A DNA stretch of 64,000 nucleotides from an uncultured Actinomycetota bacterium (GTDB taxonomy: Bacteria; Actinomycetota; Actinomycetes; JAFAQI01). The DNA lies in NCBI GenBank assembly GCA_963770565.1, contig CAVYQE010000001.1:96001-160000 (forward strand), in the 5' to 3' direction. Positions 1-9,784 of this stretch are shown here, piece after piece. The position numbers and the translations under genes are program-made. The number at the start of each line of letters is the position of its first letter. Position 1 is the stretch's first letter. The notes under the pieces were generated by a model. It did not search any database and was not told the DNA's origin. It was given only the letters and a program-made list of their open reading frames with translations.

Positions 1-175
1 AGAGCGTCCGAGATGGTGAGCGGGAACCAGGGGTCGGAAGTATTTAATAACTCGTTCTGCCCCTTTTTCCCGCCCAGCCGCCAAGCCGCCGCCTTGCCGG
101 AAGTCCTTATCCAGCAACCGGCAGTGCCATTCGTGGCTGTCACCCTTTCCGTGCCCGGTTGGGCGCATTTTTTTG

Positions 176-535
176 TTAGGCTTCTTTTACGACGATTGCA
201 CGTGATCGTAAACCATGCAAAAACGTTCTAATCTTTGTGGCATCGCCGTCGGAAATTGTTTCTGGCATTTCAAACGCGATTTCATATCTTGAATATACGC
301 CGGTCACCCCATTGGAAAGCGTAAAAGTAAAGCGAGGACCATTTCGCAGAAACTCAAACCATGCCGATCGTTCCAGGAGGGGTTCGCCAGCGACGTGACG
401 ATATTTTTGATGCGCCCTATCCAATGTGTCAATCGAAACATCTTCGAAGGCATCATGCAGCGCTCGGGAAACCGCCTCGTGGCAGAAACAGGTCACGCCC
501 TTACCCCAAAAGTCGATGGTGGCACTTACGCGCAT
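176..535 (-). CDS. Hypothetical protein, probable orphan immunity protein of the RHS array
   Basis: 119-aa ORF in visibly lower-GC DNA, same strand as and downstream of the RHS toxin/immunity pair; no recognisable motif. Confidence 0.5.
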   Translation of the reverse strand: MRVSATIDFWGKGVTCFCHEAVSRALHDAFEDVSIDTLDRAHQKYRHVAGEPLLERSAWFEFLRNGPRFTFTLSNGVTGVYSRYEIAFEMPETISDGDATKIRTFLHGLRSRAIVVKEA

Positions 536-809
536 AAAAGCCTAACTTGTTTCTAGACTGATCCGCATGTTACTGGTAGGCCGCATGCTTGCTGCCCGAC
601 GCGCACGCACCACTTTGTCGTAACTCGAATAGTAGTCGTCGGAATGCCCCCGTCACACCAATTAGCGCGTGATAGGCTGATTCCGCCTGGCGCTCATCGG
701 TCCGCCCCACCTCCGGCGAACCAACCGAGGCGATTTAGGTTTTGTGAAGTCGCGGTCTTCGTGTGGTGGGCGAACAAATCGTTGCCGGACAGATCAAAAA
801 GCGCGACCA

Positions 810-858
810 AAGGGGACATTCTACTTTTCCGCCATGAATAAAGTAGAAAATCCCCTTT
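810..858. repeat. REP-like inverted repeat (AAGGGGACATTCTACTTTT ... AAAGTAGAAAATCCCCTT)
   Basis: Near-perfect inverted repeat with a short loop, between the two putative immunity genes. Confidence 0.7.
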
Positions 859-880
859 CCCGCCCCTTTCCGGCCCGTTA

Positions 881-1375
881 TCACCGACTCAATGAGGCGC
901 GCAGACCTGTCTTCCCGCGCGACGCCGCCTCCATGCCTTGGCTTATCCGAGCCAGTCCCTTTAACGTGTTCCAAACGCCGCTCAATGGTGTGCCCGCCTC
1001 GACCGGAAACGGGAGACGCTCGCCGCTCTTTGCGACGATCTGGACTTCGTTCATTTCCCGCTTTGTCTTCTCCAGTCCAAATGCATCGAGATCGACAACA
1101 GCATCACGAATATCCCTGGCAGCGATTGTGCGCAATTGCTTGCCGCAAAACCAAGTGGCCCTTTGCGTGGTAATAACAAACCAGCGCTCGCTCGATTCAA
1201 CGCCGCCAAGAACAGGCGACTCGTCACTGTGCAATTGGACGGCGCTTAGTAAAGTGTCCCTTTGTCCTTCCGCTAATTCATCGAAAACACGCGCAAACTG
1301 CCCATTTGATCCGTGCCGCCTGAAGATCCGGACTAATCTTTCTTTGACAAAATCGGGGCTCTTATTGATTGTCAC
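881..1375 (-). CDS. Putative cognate immunity protein of the RHS toxin (PH-like fold suspected)
   Basis: GTG start overlaps the toxin TGA (GTGA, 1372-1375); lower GC; 'ESPVL...WFVITTQRATW...IRDAVV' pattern resembles bacterial PH-like domains. Confidence 0.6.
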   Translation of the reverse strand: MTINKSPDFVKERLVRIFRRHGSNGQFARVFDELAEGQRDTLLSAVQLHSDESPVLGGVESSERWFVITTQRATWFCGKQLRTIAARDIRDAVVDLDAFGLEKTKREMNEVQIVAKSGERLPFPVEAGTPLSGVWNTLKGLARISQGMEAASRGKTGLRASLSR

Positions 1376-2688
1376 GGCACAGATCCTCTCAGGATAATCG
1401 TCTCTGAGTTCACAAGTTCGATGTCGAATCCAAGCCGAGCAGCCATCGTAGGGCTCACGTTCATGATCGACTGGTTGATGATCGCGTTTCCGGTTATACT
1501 GACGTCCAATGCACCTGCCGCGCTTGCTTCGTTTCGTATTGCATTTGCAAGCGAAAAAAGCCCTTCGCTGTCAGTGGTGCTATACAATCCCCAAATATTC
1601 ATGTTGTAAGTGTTGCCAACGAGTCCTGAGCTTCCGGCAACTTCGTAGCCGGCGATGTTGCGGAGGGTGCCGCCATAGTAGGACGCGTCTTCCATCGGAA
1701 CGAGTCCCGTCCCGCTCTCGGAAGCATTAGCCGAAACGTCCGCAGCGCCTCCTCCGAAGTCAGCCCCGGCGTCCGCCGCCAAGAATTCGCCGGCGCCGAG
1801 CCCGTCGGTCGCCAGCATAAATGGTAGCGAGGCGGCCATCGAATAGCCACCGACAAACGCCTTTATGTCCGACCCGGCCCCGGGTGCGTCGAATGAATGC
1901 CGATATTCGCTCCAGCCATCGAGTCCCAGGCCCAGTCGGAAAAGCGCGTCGGCGCGGGCCTCGCCCATGACGTCGAATTCGCTCTTTTCGCCGCCATTCG
2001 CGGCGGGCGAGTTTGTCACAACCGGGCCGCCGTAGGCCACGCCCGATGCATGGTGCGAGGGCGCGGCCGGCGCCGGTGTCTGGTGCGAACTCGGCGGCGG
2101 GGACCACGGCGATTTATCCGGCCAGCCGGGCGGGGACGGAATTCCGTCGTTGATCATCCATGCGAGGGCGTCCATATCGGCCTCATCCTTGATATGGAAA
2201 CGGCTCGCCAACTCGCGTTGCGCCGCATCGCTTTCGTCCTCGTCGCCACACCAATACTGCTCCCGAAGGTCCAGGAAGTCTTTCTCGCTATCCGTGAGAG
2301 GCGGCACGTCGCCTTCCGACGCCAGCCCGCTGGGATCGACGAAATTCATCGGGCTGTTATTGGCGTATTCGAAGGGATTCGGGCCGGCGGCCAGGCCGGT
2401 GGGATCGGCGCTCATCCACCGCTCGAGGGCCGGGCTGTACCAGCGGCCGGGGACGCCGGTCCGCGGGTCGCTGTGGTATTCCAGGCCGGTCTCCTGGTCG
2501 AAGAACTTGCCCGTGTTCTCGAACAAGAATCCGCTGCCGCTGGCGAAGCTGCTGTATTCCGGGACTTCCTGGCCGAACGGATCGTAGGCCAAATGGGCGA
2601 CCGGCGTCACCCACCCGCCATCGCCGGGGTCGCCGTAGCTGAACGGGAACGGCGTCGGGAACCGTTTCAGAAACGGCCCCTCACACAT
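1372..2688 (-). CDS. Orphan RHS repeat-associated core fragment with C-terminal toxin domain
   Basis: 'YDPFG...NTGKFFDQETGLEY...RWYSPALERWMSADPTG...NPFEYANNSPMNFVDPSGL' is the RHS core ending in the DPxGL autocleavage motif; no YD-repeat body upstream; start uncertain (ATG 2688). Confidence 0.85.
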   Translation of the reverse strand: MCEGPFLKRFPTPFPFSYGDPGDGGWVTPVAHLAYDPFGQEVPEYSSFASGSGFLFENTGKFFDQETGLEYHSDPRTGVPGRWYSPALERWMSADPTGLAAGPNPFEYANNSPMNFVDPSGLASEGDVPPLTDSEKDFLDLREQYWCGDEDESDAAQRELASRFHIKDEADMDALAWMINDGIPSPPGWPDKSPWSPPPSSHQTPAPAAPSHHASGVAYGGPVVTNSPAANGGEKSEFDVMGEARADALFRLGLGLDGWSEYRHSFDAPGAGSDIKAFVGGYSMAASLPFMLATDGLGAGEFLAADAGADFGGGAADVSANASESGTGLVPMEDASYYGGTLRNIAGYEVAGSSGLVGNTYNMNIWGLYSTTDSEGLFSLANAIRNEASAAGALDVSITGNAIINQSIMNVSPTMAARLGFDIELVNSETIILRGSVP

Positions 2689-2694
2689 CTTCTG

Positions 2695-2795
2695 CCCCCG
2701 ACCTCCGATCCTCGACCCCTGACCCTCGACCCCCGACCCCTCGACCCCGACCCCCGACCCCGACCCCCGACCCCACCCCGACCCCCGACCCCTGA
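2695..2795. repeat. (CCCCGA/CCCCGAC)n hexa/heptamer low-complexity tract
   Basis: Tandem repeats read directly; the same tract type occurs at 23383-23412, 23621-23705 and 49781-49835. Confidence 0.85.
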
Positions 2796-2905
2796 TTTGA
2801 CGCTCCTCGTTTTGCGACCTAGAGTTCCATTGCAGGGTGCCAGACTGCCCGGCTTCCGTGGTCGGCATGATTGGCACATTCGGCGCCATGGCCAGGGTGC
2901 GTGAT

Positions 2906-3460
2906 ATGAACTCCGTCGTTTCTTTCCACCCGCCGCGCGGTGTCTTGCGCGGCAGTCGAGGCGGGGCGCAGCGCGGCCGTCGGCGCCGCGGATCGGCGGT
3001 CGTCGAGGCCGCGCTGATCCTACCGATCATGTTGACGATGATGCTGGGCGTGTGGGAAGTCGGGCGGATGATTCAAGTCAGCCAGATTCTCGACAATGCG
3101 GCCCGCGAAGGGGCCCGCGTCGCCGCCGGCGGCTATGTGAACGGCACGGCCGTCACGGCCGCGACCGTGCAAACGGCCGTGCAAAACTATTTGACCGCCG
3201 CGGGACTCCCGGCGACGGCCGTCAACGGCTCGACGGTGACGATCACTTGCCTTGCCTCGCCCGTTTGGACCGATCCCTATGCCGCGCTGCCGCTCGATCC
3301 GTTCACGGTGACCGTGACGATCCCATCCGGAGCGCCGTTCGACAGTCTGCGGTGGAATCTGCTCAATCGCATCACGTCGGTCAGCCAGCTTTCGGCCACC
3401 GTCTATTGGCAGTCGGCGAACAATTCGCTCGTGACGGTGAGCACGACGATCCCTTATTAG
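2906..3460 (+). CDS. TadE/TadG-family pseudopilin
   Basis: Prepilin site 'RRRG|SAVVE', hydrophobic helix, then the 'NAAREGAR' TadE motif. Confidence 0.9.
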   Translation: MNSVVSFHPPRGVLRGSRGGAQRGRRRRGSAVVEAALILPIMLTMMLGVWEVGRMIQVSQILDNAAREGARVAAGGYVNGTAVTAATVQTAVQNYLTAAGLPATAVNGSTVTITCLASPVWTDPYAALPLDPFTVTVTIPSGAPFDSLRWNLLNRITSVSQLSATVYWQSANNSLVTVSTTIPY

Positions 3461-3464
3461 CGAG

Positions 3465-3992
3465 ATGGCGATGTACTCCGCAGCAAAATCCGACTCGGGC
3501 TCCCAGCCGCGGTGGCGCCGCATCGCAACGTTCCGCCGTCGCGGCGCCGTGCGCCGCGGCTCAACCCTGGTGCAAACGGCGATCGTGCTGCCGATGGTGC
3601 TGCTGTTTTTGTTCGGCATCTTGGAATACTCGCGCTATGTGATGCTGCTGCAGATCATGAACAACGTCGCCCGCGAGGGTTGCCGCTATGCCGTGATGCA
3701 TACCAACTCGGTCGTCATCAACGGCGTCACTTACGGCAGCAACACGTCCGACGTGACGACGCTCATCGACAATTGTCTGGCCGGACAAGCACTCTCCGGG
3801 CAAACGATCTCGATCTACGGCTCCGACGCCTTGGGCAACAGCACGGGGACCGCCTGGCAAGACACGCAATCCGGCGAGTGGATCACGGTGAAGATCACGG
3901 GCAATTTCGTGTCGATCTTGCCGGGGTTCCTGCACCTGGCCAACGCGGTGCCGATCACGGCGGAGTCGGTCATGCGCAGCGAGAGCAATTAG
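3465..3992 (+). CDS. TadE-family pseudopilin
   Basis: 'RRG|STLVQ' prepilin-like site, TM helix, 'NVAREGCRYA', C-terminal 'VMRSE'. Confidence 0.88.
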   Translation: MAMYSAAKSDSGSQPRWRRIATFRRRGAVRRGSTLVQTAIVLPMVLLFLFGILEYSRYVMLLQIMNNVAREGCRYAVMHTNSVVINGVTYGSNTSDVTTLIDNCLAGQALSGQTISIYGSDALGNSTGTAWQDTQSGEWITVKITGNFVSILPGFLHLANAVPITAESVMRSESN

Positions 3993-4122
3993 CCGCTCGG
4001 CGGCGCGGATACGAGGGGCCATGGATGAGAAGTGCGAAGCGGGAGTGCGAGGCGGGATGTTGGAACACGTTGTGTATCGGTCCTATCGTTCGCGAATGAA
4101 GTTGACAACCGAGGTGCTCGCC

Positions 4123-6621
4123 ATGCGAAAGAATCATCGACGCCCGCGCCGCCGCGGGATGGTGCTGGTCTTGTTCGTGCTGACGTTGATCGCCCTGTTC
4201 TCGTTCCTGGCCTTGGCGATCGACTTGGGCCTGGTGGCGATGGCCCGCACGCAGTGCCAAGCCGCCGCCGATTCGGCGGCGATGTCCGGCGCGCGAACGC
4301 TCAACGGCACCTCAGGCAACAACTACGGCAGCGTCTCGCCCGATGCGATCGTGTCGGCCACGAGCAACTCGATTCTCGGCCAGCAAGTGGCCAGCAATCA
4401 GGTGACGATCAACATCGGCCGTTATACGTACAACGCGACCAATCAGGATTTCGAAGGGGAATTCCCCGGCCCCTCGACCGACAATTGGACCTTGGTGCAG
4501 GCGCAAGTGACGGCGAACATCACGAATCAATTGGCATTTTCGAAGATTTTCAATTTCACTCCGGCGAACATCACGACCGTCTCGACGGCCGTTCATCGCC
4601 CGCGCGATATTTGCATCGTTCTCGATTATTCCGGTTCGATGCGGTTCGCGAGTCTGTTGGGCATCGGGCCGTCGAGCAATCCGCGAACGGTGAACAATCC
4701 CGACAGCATCTATCCCACCTGGGCGCTTATTCGAGCGGGTCGGCCGCGATGCAAGCCACGTCGTTCTCGTCTCCTTACGACGAAGCGAACATTTCGACCA
4801 CCACCAGCGACGGCCGCCCGCCGATCGTGCAGGATTTTTACAGCGATTCGAGCGGGACGGTGGCGTTTTCGGCGGCTTCGAGTTCCTATGCCAGCACTCC
4901 GGCCGGCGACGTGCCGCTCAAAACCAACAAGAACTCCGCCGCCGGCTATGCGCAAACGCTGGCCCAAGTGCTCAATATCGGCAGCCCAAGCAATTCCACT
5001 TACGACGCGACTTACGAATCGAAGGGCTACAAAGCCTACAGCATGACGGCGGGCTGCTCGCGCTACGTCGAAGGCCCCGCGTATTACGGCAAGACGTTCT
5101 TCAGTTGGCCCCCCGATCCGACCAACGGAACCGACGGCACGACCAACGACTGGCGGAAGCGTTATTTCCTGTATCCCAGCACGTTGACGGGCATGGACGA
5201 CAACTCGAAGCTGTGGAGCACGAGCAACGGCGGCTGGCGTCAACCGGGCAGTTCGACCTATCAAATCAACTACACGGCGATCCTCGATTGGATCAAGAAC
5301 ATCGGCCCCAATCCGTTTCCCACGAGCCTGCGGTCGGGGCGGATCGTGTATTACACGTCGATCCCCAGCACGATCGACACCTCGTCGAATCCTCCCACCA
5401 ATCTGGATCAGCGGTTTTGGAAAGATTATATCGACTATTGCCTGGGGCTGATCGACAACCAGAACGGATCGTGGACGTCGCTCAACGACAACAACGACGG
5501 TCTGGCCGGCTACGGCGCCGATTACACCTGGGGCACGTTCAAGATCACCGCCAAGAGCAGCCTGAGCGGGAGCCCCAAGCCGTTCATGCACTATGGAGAC
5601 AATCCGCTTCGACCGCGGCTCCATTTCTGGTTCGGGCCGATGACGATGATCGACTTTCTCGGCAATTACAACATTTGGTACGATGTCAATCCGAGTTGCT
5701 CGCGCTATTGCTGGTGGCCCGGCACTTGCCACGAAGTCGCCGATGTATGCCTGCAAGCTCGGCATCCAAGCCGCCCTCAACGACATCTCCAACAATCATC
5801 CCAACGACATGGTGTCGCTGGTCATGTTCAGCGTCCCCCGCTCGTCGGCCTCGCAAAACGACGATTGCCGCTTCAATCGGGTGCGGGTGGGCCTGAGCCG
5901 CAATTACACGAACATGATCGAGTCGCTCTGGTATCCCCCCGCGACCGTCGGCAACTCGTCGGCGACGGTGACTCCGTATGACGCGAACAACATCGAGGTG
6001 CCGCGGGCCGAAGGGGGCACCTGCTACAGCATCGGACTGATGCTGGCCTTCAATCAGTTCAGCGCGAATTCGTCGCTCGTGAACTACAGCTCGGGCCAGC
6101 CGGCCGGCGACGCCGGGGGAACGGCCGCAAGGGCGCCCAGAAGATCATCATCTTCGAGACCGACGGCGCGCCGAACACGACCGCCAGCGCCACGCTCGTC
6201 AATAGCGGCTCCTACAATTCGTATTACAAGGTGCGCTACAACTACAGCAGCGCCGCCGGCAGCGAATATCCCGGCAGCATCAACGGCTACTCCGACAACG
6301 CCTCGACCGTCGTCAATCAAGTTCGACAGTCTTTGCACGCAATTGGCGGCCCTCGACAGCGCGGCGACGCCCGGCTATTCGACCGCCTCGAAGCCGCTGC
6401 TGATCCATTGCATCGGCTTCGGCCCCGCCTTCAGCCCCGACAGCGGCACGGCATCGGCCAATACGGCCACGCTCGAGGGCATGCAGACGATCGGCAACGT
6501 CAGCGACGGGATGCCGAGTTACAAGATCATCTACGGCGATCAATCGACGATCGTCAACGATTTGCAGCAGGCGTTCACGAAGATTCTGCAAAGCGGAGTA
6601 CAAGTTTCGTTGATTCAATAG
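4123..6621 (+). CDS. TadG-like pilus-tip protein with vWA domain (frameshifted in this assembly)
   Basis: GAGGTG RBS; 'RRRG|MVLVL', 'LAIDLG...Q.AADSAA.SGA' Tad N-domain; vWA MIDAS 'DICIVLDYSGSM', later 'IIIFETDGAPN' and 'LIHCIGFG'; stitched from ORFs 4021, 4032 and 5683 plus an intermediate frame. Confidence 0.8.
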
Positions 6622-6643
6622 TCCCGCCCCTGCGAGTGCAAGG

Positions 6644-7426
6644 ATGTTTCCCACCCGAGAAGAATCCGCCGTCCGTTTCGAAGCCGTGACCAAGACGTTC
6701 GCGCGGCCCGCTCTGCCGCCGCCGCGTGAGAGCCTTGGAGGGCGTCAGCTTTTCGATCGCCTCCGGCGAAGTGTTCGGACTGATCGGCCCCAACCGGGCC
6801 GGCAAGACGACTTTGGTCAAGATACTGCTCTCGATTTGCCGGCCGACCTCGGGCGCATTTGGCGGCTCGGGCGGAGCGGCAAGGATCGCGGCACACTCGC
6901 CCGCGTCGGTTATGTGCATGAGAGCCAGGCGTTTCCCCGCTATCTGACGGCCCACAATTTGCTCGAATACTACGGTGCGCTGTCGCGGCAGCCGGCGACG
7001 GTCGTGCGTCGCCGCGCCGCGGAATTGCTCGAGCGATTCGGCCTGGCGGATCGCAGCCGCGAGCCGATCGGCCGGTTCAGCAAGGGGATGGTCCAGCGGC
7101 TGTCGATGGCCCAGGCGCTGATCAACGATCCCGAGTTGCTGGTGCTCGACGAGCCGTCGGAAGGGATGGACCTGGCCGCGCGGCGGCTGTTGTACAACGT
7201 GATCCGCGAGCGCCGGGAGCAAGGGCATACGGCGGTGCTCGTCTCGCATTTGCTCGGCGACGTCGAGCGGCTGTGCGATCGCGTCGCCGTGCTGCGCTGC
7301 GGCAAGCTCGGCTTCCTCGGCACCGTCGGCGAACTTGAAGGCGATGCGCCGAATGACGATCCCCACGACTCGGCGGCGACCTTCGAAGAAGCCTTGGAGC
7401 CCTACTACGCCGGCGTGGGGAATTAG
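6644..7426 (+). CDS. ABC transporter ATP-binding protein (frameshifted)
   Basis: Walker A 'GPNRAGKTT' (ORF 6726), signature 'FSKGMVQR', Walker B 'LLVLDEP', H-loop 'VSH'. Confidence 0.9.
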   Translation: MFPTREESAVRFEAVTKTFARPALPPPRESLGGRQLFDRLRRSVRTDRPQPGRQDDFGQDTALDLPADLGRIWRLGRSGKDRGTLARVGYVHESQAFPRYLTAHNLLEYYGALSRQPATVVRRRAAELLERFGLADRSREPIGRFSKGMVQRLSMAQALINDPELLVLDEPSEGMDLAARRLLYNVIRERREQGHTAVLVSHLLGDVERLCDRVAVLRCGKLGFLGTVGELEGDAPNDDPHDSAATFEEALEPYYAGVGN

Positions 7427-7569
7427 CGCCTTGGCGACCTCACGCTAGCCCGACGCGCTAGCGAGGGAGCACGCTCCGCGAGCTTGCGAGTTTATTAAGA
7501 TGATCGCCGTGAGTCCTTGTTCGCCGTGCGAGCTTTGACGTTCGAATAAGGACTTACGACAACAAAATG

Positions 7570-7975
7570 GGCTGTACTGGGTTTTGAGTGGGCGACGCGA
7601 AAATCCTCGTGATTCGCGCATCCCTTCTTTTGGTAAGTGTAGCGGTGTTTCGGAGGCGAGAAGGGTGCCAGCAGGCCGGGTTGCCGGTCTGGAGTGAATG
7701 GAGGTCTACGATCTGCCGCGCTGCCCACGCCCATGGAACGCCTGAGCCATGCCTTGAAAATCCTGAGGGAACCCACCCAAGACCCGAAATACTCAGCAAT
7801 GTTTTCATCCACAGATTGCATGGCGCAGCCGTCAGGCCGCAACCAAGTTTTTACACGAGGTCACGGAAAAACCGAGAGCGAGAAAGCACGGCGGCAGGAC
7901 AGATCTGGAAACACTAATCATCGCTAATCAGCGCGAATTAGTGCCGATTAGTGCCGATTAGTGTTCCTAAAAACG
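7570..7975 (+). mobile_element. ~400-bp dispersed non-coding element (copy 1)
   Basis: Begins GGCTGTACTGGGTTTTGAGTGGGCGA; long collinear match to the reverse complement of 18161-18526; ends in CTAATC/GATTAG repeats. Confidence 0.8.
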
Positions 7976-8098
7976 ACGAGACTTGCAATCGACTCCGACA
8001 ACCACGCGATTTCGCGCGGCCCCACCGCAATCTCCAGTCCCACCGCGCAGCGGCTGGTAGCCACTGCTACGACGAAGTCCTCAACCCCTTGCCCCCCT

Positions 8099-9092
8099 AT
8101 GTCCACCACCATCCGCTGGCTTATTCGCGACACGTTCCGCCAATCGTTGGCCTATGGCATCTTTTGGATCTTGCTGGCCGTGAGCGTCGTGACGATCGGC
8201 GTTTGCCTGAGTGTGCGCATCGAAGGGGCCCATGCACTGGCCGCGGCGGGCGACAAACCGGACTTTCTTCCCCAGAGCGATCCCGATGCGCACGACGCCG
8301 CCAAGCTCAAACAATCGGGCGTGGCCGTGGTCGGCGGCGAATTGACGATGGCCTTCGGGGCGATCCGCATTCCGCTGGGACGCGACGATCGGCACGCGGT
8401 GCATTTCGTGCAATTGCTGTTGGCCGGCGGAGTGGCCGATACACTCGGCTTGCTGCTGACGCTGATCTGGACGGCCGGCTTCCTGCCCGGCTTTCTCGAC
8501 GGCCGGAGCGTGAGCGTGTTGTTGGCGAAGCCGGCGCCGCGATGGCTGCTGTTGGTGGGCAAATATATCGGGGTGCTGACATTCGTGCTGTTTCATGCCA
8601 CGCTGTTCGTCGGCGGCACCTGGCTGGCGATCGGCCTGCGGACGGGAATCTGGGACGCGGCCTATCTGTATGCGATCCCGCTGCTGTTGCTGCATTTCGC
8701 CGTGTTTTTCAGCGTGTCGCTGCTGCTGGCCGTCTGCACGCGGAGCACGGTGGTCTGCGTGTTCGGCTCGATCTTGTTTTGGTGCATCGCTTGGGGAATG
8801 AACTACGGCCGCAACGTGCTCGAGGCCAGCGCAGCTCATGCCGGGCGGCCACTTTTCCTCGTCGATCGGTTTTCTCGTCGATCTGGGCTATTGGATTTTG
8901 CCCAAGCCGGCCGATTTCGGGATGCTGCTCTACGACGCGCTCGACGCCAAGACCTATTTCGGCTCGGCGTTCGATATCCACGCGCTCTCGGCCCACGGCT
9001 TCTCGATCGTGCTCTCCGTGCTCACGTCGCTGGCCTTCACGGTCTACATCCTGGTCGCCTCGGCCCGTAAATTCGCGGCGACCGATTATTGA
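8099..9092 (+). CDS. ABC transporter permease (ABC-2 type; frameshift near the 3' end)
   Basis: 'IRWLIRDTFRQS', multiple TM helices, 'LLAKPAPRW.LL.GKY.GVL', C-terminal 'KFAATDY'. Confidence 0.85.
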
Positions 9093-9660
9093 GCGGTCCC
9101 ACTAGCCCGACGCGCCAGCGAGGGCGTCGGAGCACACTAGCCCGACGCGCTAGCGAGGGAGTGCGCTTGGCTAGCAATCTGTCCGAGAGCCAGCTTATCT
9201 TCCGGTGGGCATTGCCCAAAGGGGGTCGGGAGTCGATTTCGCCATGCTGCCGGTTCGCACTACGAATCGTTCAGCCGGCGAAATCGACTCCCGACCCCTT
9301 TCCGCGGCGAGCATCTTCTCGCCGCGACGGATTATCGAGCGGTCCCACTCGCCCGAAGCGCTAGCGAGGGCGTCGGAGCACACTAGCCCAACGCGCTAGC
9401 GAGGGAGTGCGCTTGGCTAGCAATCTGTCCGATATCCGGCTTATCTTCCGGTGGGCGTTGCCCAAAGGGGGTCGGGAGTCGATTTCGCCATGCTGCCGGT
9501 TCGCACTACGAATCGCTCAGCCGGCGAAATCGACTCCCGACCCCTTTCCGCGGCGAGCATCCTCTCGCGGCGACGGATTATCGAGCGGTCCCACTCGCCC
9601 GAAGCTGCGCTTGGCTAGTCTTGACGCTCCGACTCCCTCGCTAGCGCGTCGGGCAAGTGT
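9078..9660. repeat. Tandem amplification (~246-bp period) of REP plus palindromic MITE core
   Basis: Unit starts GCGAC(C/G)GATTAT(T/C)GAGCGGTCCCACT at about 9078, 9325 and 9570; contains ACTAGCCCGACGCGCTAGCGAGGG and GGGGTCGGGAGTCGATTTCGCC...GGCGAAATCGACTCCCGACCCC. Confidence 0.85.
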
Positions 9661-9727
9661 CGCGAATGGGCCAATCGTCGGTCGGGCCTTCATGATTTCG
9701 GTCGAGAAATTCTTTTTTCTCAACCGC

Positions 9728-9784
9728 TTGCATCGGGCTAACAATGCCATTAGAATAGGTCGAAGAGATGAGAATGAGTCTCAA
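9728..9784 (+). promoter_or_regulatory. Sigma70-type promoter of the feo operon with a downstream palindromic operator (Fur-box-like)
   Basis: TTGCAT (9728-9733), 17 bp, TAGAAT (9751-9756); palindrome TGAGA-ATGAG-TCTCA at 9769-9783 upstream of iron-uptake genes. Confidence 0.65.

Noticed and set aside
536-809. Possible toxin tip upstream of ORF 176-535
   Set aside because: Minus-strand frames are short and give no RHS core or toxin motif; at most a decayed fragment
2689-3030. N-terminal 114 aa of the 552-aa RHS ORF in the track
   Set aside because: Overlaps tadE on the opposite strand and runs through the CCCCGAC tract (GSGVG... translation); not real RHS sequence
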